Source: Candidatus Micrarchaeia archaeon
Lineage (GTDB): Archaea; Micrarchaeota; Micrarchaeia; Anstonellales; Anstonellaceae
NCBI GenBank assembly: GCA_041650255.1
Contig: JBAZLL010000002.1
Coordinates: forward strand, 38,932-102,931
Direction: 5' to 3'
DNA: 64,000 bases
Below, piece by piece: positions 58,386-64,000 of this stretch. The translations under genes and the position numbers were made by a program. The notes beneath the pieces are model-generated. The model was given only the letters and a program-made list of their open reading frames with translations. It had not been told where the DNA came from and made no database searches. Numbering within the stretch: the first letter of the stretch is position 1; every line of letters begins with the position of its first letter.

Positions 58386-59963
58386 CTATCGTTTTTTGAG
58401 AAACAACAAATATGCAACTATTCCTCCAAGCACTAAGCAAACCACGCCAAGCAAAACAATTGTTGAATTGCCGCCTGCATCTGCCGCCGCCTGTTCTTTT
58501 TTGCATACTGCATTTCCATCCGAAATCTGGCATTTTTCATTGGTGTTGCAATGATATCCAAAGCTCCATTGTCCCTGCGAACAAGTATATACGTTGTCCG
58601 CAACACACTGTGTTTGCCCATTTGAGCATGTGGGTGCGGCAACGCATTCTCCTTCTTCGCACGAATATCCGCTCGGGCAGGTGTTATCATCGCTCATCTG
58701 TCCATCTTCCGAGCATATTCTATAAGTTGTGGCTCCGGAGCAATATTTCTCGCCCGGTTTGCATTCAGTGCAAATTCCGCCGAAGCATCCAAGCGAGCAT
58801 GCAGACATGTCCTCATAAACATATTGCGCCGAGCATTGCTGTATCATGTTCGGGTTTTGCGAGGAACATCTTCTTTGCCCGGGTGTTTGGCATCTGGCGT
58901 CCGCGGGCGGCTGGCATGTTCCGTTTTGGCAATAATATCCTGCTTGGCATTGCATTTGCGCCCCCCACTGCCCCTGTGTGCATATCTGGTATCCGTTCGA
59001 GCCGGAGCATTGTTTATCGTTGTTGGTGCAAACATTGCACTGTCCATTCCCGCATCCAAGACTACAGGTTTTCCAATCAGTCCAAATTGAATTCGTGCCG
59101 CATTTTTGCACCATATTCAAATTATTCGGAGAGCATCTGGTGCTTGCGGTATTATAGCACTGCATATCCGGTGCGCTTACACATGTGGAGCCGCTGCACA
59201 TATATCCTGTTTGGCAATATGCCGGATAATCCCATTGCCCGCTTGGTAAACAAACTTTGTAACTGCTGCTTGATGCACAGGTTCTTTCTCCAGATACACA
59301 AACTGCGCACGTTCCACTTTTGCATCCATAATCACATCGTTTCCAATCCGTCCATTTGTAATTATTGTTGCATATTTGCATTTCGTAACTATCTGACGGA
59401 GAACATCTTGTGCTATCAACATTTGAACATTGTGGTGGCGATGGCGGATAAGCGCAAGATCCCGAACTGCATACTTGGTCTGTGGGGCAAGATAATGTGC
59501 CCCCCCACTGTCCACTGCTTGTGCATGTGCGATAATTGGCAGAATCAACGCACTCGGTTTTTCCCGGAGTGCAAACCGGCGCGGGTATTCCCTGGCACCA
59601 TCCGCTTGAGCATTCGGCGCCAATCCCGCAAGATTGGCTATCGCCCCATTGTCCATATTCATCGCATATTCTATATTCGGTTGTGCCCGTGCATTCTCTT
59701 TGCCCATAAGTGCATACTGGGGTTCCAAATCCAGTGCACGCTCCATTTTGGCATCTTGCTCCAAGCCCGCACATTATTGTGTCGTTCCATTGCCCGCTTT
59801 CATTGCAAATATGATATGAGTCAGTGTCAACACATTCCCTTTGTTCGGGAGTGCATACTGGGGGCAATACCCCTCCTCCGCCTATTAATTGTGCATTTGC
59901 AAACGCACAAAAAAATACCAGCGCAACAAACGTAATCCCCATTATTCCAAATATTTTTTTCAT
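58386..59963 (-). CDS. Cys-rich repeat surface protein (10 six-Cys modules)
   Basis: Signal peptide, ten C..C..C..W..C..C..C modules, C-terminal TM + KKR. Confidence 0.9.
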   Translation of the reverse strand: MKKIFGIMGITFVALVFFCAFANAQLIGGGGVLPPVCTPEQRECVDTDSYHICNESGQWNDTIMCGLGARCQNGACTGFGTPVCTYGQRECTGTTEYRICDEYGQWGDSQSCGIGAECSSGWCQGIPAPVCTPGKTECVDSANYRTCTSSGQWGGTLSCPTDQVCSSGSCAYPPSPPQCSNVDSTRCSPSDSYEMQICNNNYKWTDWKRCDYGCKSGTCAVCVSGERTCASSSSYKVCLPSGQWDYPAYCQTGYMCSGSTCVSAPDMQCYNTASTRCSPNNLNMVQKCGTNSIWTDWKTCSLGCGNGQCNVCTNNDKQCSGSNGYQICTQGQWGAQMQCQAGYYCQNGTCQPPADARCQTPGQRRCSSQNPNMIQQCSAQYVYEDMSACSLGCFGGICTECKPGEKYCSGATTYRICSEDGQMSDDNTCPSGYSCEEGECVAAPTCSNGQTQCVADNVYTCSQGQWSFGYHCNTNEKCQISDGNAVCKKEQAAADAGGNSTIVLLGVVCLVLGGIVAYLLFLKKR

Positions 59964-60105
59964 TGCAACACACCCTATTTTTTACAAACTAATTCAAGTG
60001 CCGAAGATAATCTATTTAAATGCGCATCATTACCATCATAATCGGATTTTATCCTTCTCGTATATCAAATATCAATAATATCAATTTCGTTAAATCGGTG
60101 TATTC

Positions 60106-61113
60106 ATGCGAAAAAATGCCAGAAAAAACATTGACTTATCAACTTTTGATGGTCGCATCACAAAACAGGGCTATCACAAAGTCGGCATGCACTCTGCCGC
60201 AAAAATGTGCAAATATGCAAAAGATTCTGTTTTGGGAAAAAACTGGTGCTACAAGAACAAATTCTACGGGATAAAATCAAACAGGTGTCTTCAATGTTCC
60301 CCCACTCTGCAATTTTGCAATTTGGCATGCAAATTTTGCTGGAGGTTAATTCCGGAAACAAAAACCGGCTGGGCGGATTTAGGCGCAGATTTTTCTTGGG
60401 ATACGCCGGAATTCATTGCCGACGGGCTCATAGTCGAGCAAAAACGGATAATGTCCGGCTTTTTGGGTAATGAAAAAGCGGACAAAAAACTGGCTCAAGA
60501 GGCAATGGCGCCAAAACATGTTGCTCTTTCCCTAATCGGCGAGCCGACAATGTATCCAAAGCTTTCAAAACTGCTCGAAATTTTTCATAAAAAAGGCATG
60601 ACTACATTTTTGGTCTCAAACGGAACTTATCCAAATGTGCTAAAAAATCTGAATCCACTTCCTACGCAATTGTATGTCTCGCTTGTTGCGCCGGATGAAG
60701 AAACTCACGCGCAAGTAACGCAGGCAAGCGGGCAAATCGCAAAACAAAATTGGAAAAATTATCTCAAATCCTTGGACGTTCTAAATTCGCTCTGCAAAAA
60801 AACCCGCACGGTTTTGAGAATGACAGTTGCGCACGGATTAAACGATGGAAATGTGCAGGGATTTGCGGATTTAATCGTCCGCTCACAAGCCCACTATGTT
60901 GAGGTAAAATCAATGACTTTTGTAGGTTGGGCAAGAAATAAAGAGCGCGGGCTTAGGTCACAAGATATGTATTCAATGGACGAAATTCGTGCGTATGCAA
61001 AAAAACTTGCAGAGTTAACCGGCTATATTTACACCGATGAACACGAACCTTCCCGTATTGTGTTGCTATGCCGCGATAAAACCGCAAAGGATAATAGACT
61101 TCTCAAACTTTGA
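60106..61113 (+). CDS. taw1: 4-demethylwyosine synthase Taw1/TYW1 (radical SAM)
   Basis: GYH.VGMHSAAKMC, YGIKSNRC, CNLACKFCWR, ALSLIGEPT, YVEVKS. Confidence 0.95.
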   Translation: MRKNARKNIDLSTFDGRITKQGYHKVGMHSAAKMCKYAKDSVLGKNWCYKNKFYGIKSNRCLQCSPTLQFCNLACKFCWRLIPETKTGWADLGADFSWDTPEFIADGLIVEQKRIMSGFLGNEKADKKLAQEAMAPKHVALSLIGEPTMYPKLSKLLEIFHKKGMTTFLVSNGTYPNVLKNLNPLPTQLYVSLVAPDEETHAQVTQASGQIAKQNWKNYLKSLDVLNSLCKKTRTVLRMTVAHGLNDGNVQGFADLIVRSQAHYVEVKSMTFVGWARNKERGLRSQDMYSMDEIRAYAKKLAELTGYIYTDEHEPSRIVLLCRDKTAKDNRLLKL

Positions 61114-61118
61114 TTTAT

Positions 61119-61856
61119 ATGGAAAATACTCACAGCAACCCCGAGCGATTAATCGCAATAATTTCCATTTTACTCTCATTCATATTCGTAGTTGCAATCC
61201 CCGCGTCCGTGATACTTGATTCGTCAGGCGGGTTTGATTTTGGTTTCGGGTTTGCGTTCGCTTCATTATTTCTATTAATTTTCTCAACAATCAGTGCCAT
61301 TATTTTCTGGATAAGAGCAAATGATCTGGATAATTTGTTCAATCAAAAAAATTTGCTGGCCCATTACATATATACTCCTCAAGAATGGAGCGAATACATC
61401 AAGTTTGATCACAAATACGATGCAGATGAAAAAAAGTTGATGCTCTTTCTTCTTGCAGGCTTTTCCATATTCTTCTCGGTAGTTTTTCTTCTAATAGACT
61501 TTGAACCCGGGCTTTTTGTTCTTGGCGTGCTTCTTGCAATCAATCTTCTAATATTTTTCTTAGTGCTTGTAGTCCAGCCAATGTTAAAGAAAAGAGAGAT
61601 AAACGTTGCAAATCCCCAGGCATTTATATCAAAAGATGCGGCGTATATCGGGAAATCTCTTCATACATGGAAACTTCCTCTAACTCGTTTTAATGGGGCA
61701 GAACTAATAAAAAACAAGCACGGAAATTTCATCAAACTCACTTACTCAACCTGCAATCCAAAATCAGGTCCTCAATATATGAGCTTTCATATTCTTGTGC
61801 CAAACGATAAATTATCTGGTGTAAATTCAGTTATAGATTCTCTTAATGCCAACTAA
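61119..61856 (+). CDS. Hypothetical membrane protein
   Basis: Four TM helices plus soluble C-terminal domain. Confidence 0.7.
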   Translation: MENTHSNPERLIAIISILLSFIFVVAIPASVILDSSGGFDFGFGFAFASLFLLIFSTISAIIFWIRANDLDNLFNQKNLLAHYIYTPQEWSEYIKFDHKYDADEKKLMLFLLAGFSIFFSVVFLLIDFEPGLFVLGVLLAINLLIFFLVLVVQPMLKKREINVANPQAFISKDAAYIGKSLHTWKLPLTRFNGAELIKNKHGNFIKLTYSTCNPKSGPQYMSFHILVPNDKLSGVNSVIDSLNAN

Positions 61857-61871
61857 TCACTCAAACAAAAT

Positions 61872-61961
61872 CAATTTCTTGGCACCAACCAATTTCTTGG
61901 CGTTAAACAACTTCTCGCAGTTAAACAATTTTCTAGCACTAAACAATTCCTTAACACTAAT
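61872..61961. repeat. Degenerate 18-bp tandem repeat x5
   Basis: CAATTTCTTGGC..TAAA-like units at 61872, 61890, 61908, 61926, 61944. Confidence 0.8.
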
Positions 61962-61970
61962 TAAGTTTTT

Positions 61971-62576
61971 TTATTTTTTCTTAGAAATTTTCTCTAAAAA
62001 GTACTGTGTTAATTTAGAACCCGTCATTTCGGGATGGCAAGTTGCCCCAAGCAAATACTGTTCTTTCTTTTCCTGTTCAATAATTGCAATATCGCCTGTT
62101 TCTTTTACTTTTGCCAAAACTTTTACTCCGGCTCCAACTTTCAAAATTTTCGGGGCGCGAATGAACAAAACATTTTCTTTATCCAATATTTTTCCTTCCA
62201 GCTCTCCCATAAATGAATTTAGTTGTGAGCCATAGGCATTTCGTGAAACAAAAACGTCCATCAATTCAAGGGTTTTCTGCCCTTTTTCCAGTCCTTTTAC
62301 TTCCTTCGCTATCAGAATAAGTCCCGCACAAGTTCCAAAAACGAACGGGATTTTTTTCATTTCTTCAAGTAATTCATATTTTTGCAAAAGAAGAGAATGC
62401 GCCGTGCTTTCGCCCCCAGGCAATATAATGCCAGAAAGCCCCGCAAGCTGTTCAGCCTTTCTCACTTCAACAATTTCAACTTTTAATTTCAATTTTGCGG
62501 CGGCGTCGGCTAATGAATTTTTATGTTCAATCACATTTCCCTGCAAAGCCAATACGCCAATTTTCATTCTAATCAA
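61971..62576 (-). CDS. pdxT: PLP synthase glutaminase subunit
   Basis: GVLALQG, LPGGEST, GTCAGLI, RNAYGSQ, FIRAP, CHPEM. Confidence 0.95.
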   Translation of the reverse strand: MIRMKIGVLALQGNVIEHKNSLADAAAKLKLKVEIVEVRKAEQLAGLSGIILPGGESTAHSLLLQKYELLEEMKKIPFVFGTCAGLILIAKEVKGLEKGQKTLELMDVFVSRNAYGSQLNSFMGELEGKILDKENVLFIRAPKILKVGAGVKVLAKVKETGDIAIIEQEKKEQYLLGATCHPEMTGSKLTQYFLEKISKKK

Positions 62577-62678
62577 CCAATAAATTCACTCGTCAATTCA
62601 AAAACAAACGTTTTCCGGGAAAATTCAAGCTAGTCATCTAAATTCATTTGCCAGTTGCTTTGTCTGTCATTTTTTTGC

Positions 62679-64000
62679 TTAGCCTTCCGAGTAAGCTTCC
62701 TCCACTTTCTTTTTCACTTTAATTTGGCAAACTTCATCGCACATGCAAGTTGATGAGTCCTGTCCGCAGTATTGTTTAAACAGTTTGCAAAAAAGCTGAG
62801 GTACAACTCTCATTTTTTCATTCTCAAGAACATAAGCAATTCTCATCTGTGTCTTTCCCGGATTTGTCGCATTATTCGCGCATTCGTAAAATCCTTCCAT
62901 CGGGGATACCAGCAAAGTCATGTCTTTTCCATCAATTTTGACCTTGCCTTTTTGTGCGCACCACATAACAAATTTTGTCGCGTCAAATCCCTTTTTTGCA
63001 ATATTTCGAACATCAATAACAGAATAGATTGACGCATCAGGTCTTGAAACAATTATCCCCGGAAGCAGATGCTTTAGTTCTTCGCTTATTTCTATAATCG
63101 TTTTTTTGTAGTGCGTTCTTTGCGCTCCATACCACTTTTTCAAATCTGCATGGCTTTCATGCGCCAATGCCCCGAATATATACTGTCCTATCGCATTTGC
63201 GCATAAGTTAGCGGTATATTCTGCGACTGATTTTTCATGAAATTCTTTATTGTCTGTTACAATCGCACCTATGCGAAGCCCGCACGCATTCCAAACTTTT
63301 GAAGTTGTTTCAATGGAAATTCTTCGCCCTTCAATTCCGGGCACTTGCTTGTTTGTCAATCCCCAAATGCTTAGTGTATCTTTACCCGCATAATTCAGCT
63401 CTCTGTATGCTTCATCGGATATAATCCACATATTGTGCTTTACGCATATTTTAGCAAGTGCAATCATCTGCTCCTGCGAAAATAATTGCCCAGTCGGATT
63501 GTCATAAGGTATTACTACAAGCGCCGCCGGTTTGTGTTTTTTAATCACTCTTTCCATTTCTTCGTTATTTGGTAAAGAAAAGCTTCCGTCTTCTTCAAGC
63601 TTTCTGCCGACAGAAACGGTTTTTCTTCCGACTCTTTTTGCAAATGCATTATAATTTGTGTATGCGGGGTCAATCAGCAAAAGCGGTTTTTCTTCACTTC
63701 CCGCCGGCCCGCAAGTTCCGACAATTACAAGCTCCATCGCTTGGCTTCCACCATCAAGTATTTGTGAATAAAGCCCGTCTGTTGAAAATCCTGACGATGC
63801 GATTATATTTAGTGCCGCATCGTTTGCCTCTTTTGTTCCAACTGTCGGCGTATATTTCACTATTCCCGCTTCAAAAGGCGAGTCTTTGCCTGCAAGTTTT
63901 TTCATCCTTTCAATCATTTTTGGATGCATCGGCAGTGAAACATTTCCTATTGCAACATTCAAATCCATGCATCCGTCTTCACGCTTTGCAAATTCAATTT
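62679..64000 (-). CDS. PLP-dependent aminotransferase class I/II, 5' end beyond window
   Basis: YDNPTG, ISDEAY, SKVWNACGLRIG; frame stays open from 63968 to the window edge. Confidence 0.93.
   Translation of the reverse strand, partial: IEFAKREDGCMDLNVAIGNVSLPMHPKMIERMKKLAGKDSPFEAGIVKYTPTVGTKEANDAALNIIASSGFSTDGLYSQILDGGSQAMELVIVGTCGPAGSEEKPLLLIDPAYTNYNAFAKRVGRKTVSVGRKLEEDGSFSLPNNEEMERVIKKHKPAALVVIPYDNPTGQLFSQEQMIALAKICVKHNMWIISDEAYRELNYAGKDTLSIWGLTNKQVPGIEGRRISIETTSKVWNACGLRIGAIVTDNKEFHEKSVAEYTANLCANAIGQYIFGALAHESHADLKKWYGAQRTHYKKTIIEISEELKHLLPGIIVSRPDASIYSVIDVRNIAKKGFDATKFVMWCAQKGKVKIDGKDMTLLVSPMEGFYECANNATNPGKTQMRIAYVLENEKMRVVPQLFCKLFKQYCGQDSSTCMCDEVCQIKVKKKVEEAYSEG

Noticed and set aside
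58412-59935. 507-aa antisense ORF over the Cys-rich gene
   Set aside because: In this frame stops need NTT/NTC/NCT codons followed by A on the sense gene, which are scarce in a Cys/Gly/Gln-rich protein. The product has no protein-like pattern, so it is treated as a shadow.
61846-62235. ORF with NNFLAL hexapeptide repeats
   Set aside because: The repeat comes from the 18-bp DNA array, and two thirds of the ORF is antisense to pdxT

Overview
A 64 kb, gene-dense, mostly housekeeping window from an archaeon. Evidence: eS6, eS8, eL41, aEF-2, aIF2-gamma, FEN1, CDC48, Bud32, Taw1, Trm1, archaeal TpiA and BHB-intron tRNAs. The gene families suggest a DPANN lineage, possibly Micrarchaeota (inference). 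It holds three aminoacyl-tRNA synthetases (bacterial-type ThrRS, TrpRS, HisRS), a riboflavin/FMN pathway mixing bacterial and archaeal enzymes, scpAB, an N-glycosylation/lipid cluster with a class II HMG-CoA reductase, a wHTH-grpE-dnaK-dnaJ operon and three tRNA genes. No CRISPR array, integrase or transposase was seen. The most unusual signal is non-coding: a family of pyrimidine/purine palindromes sits inside both tRNA introns and between duplicated tRNA 5' ends. Two copies add a perfect 12-13 nt purine mirror repeat, i.e. a three-strand (triplex) pattern kept despite different sequences. Also found by eye and missing from the ORF track: two C/D-box sRNAs (both guides of one point at the 23S A-loop U2552 equivalent), a 13-aa MDKKGKKGGCGCC micro-ORF with its own TATA box and Shine-Dalgarno, and eL41. 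Several proteins look like pseudo-enzymes (AroA-fold protein, one RibK paralogue, a KaiC with Walker A K>R). All functional calls come from motif recognition only; no database searches were run.
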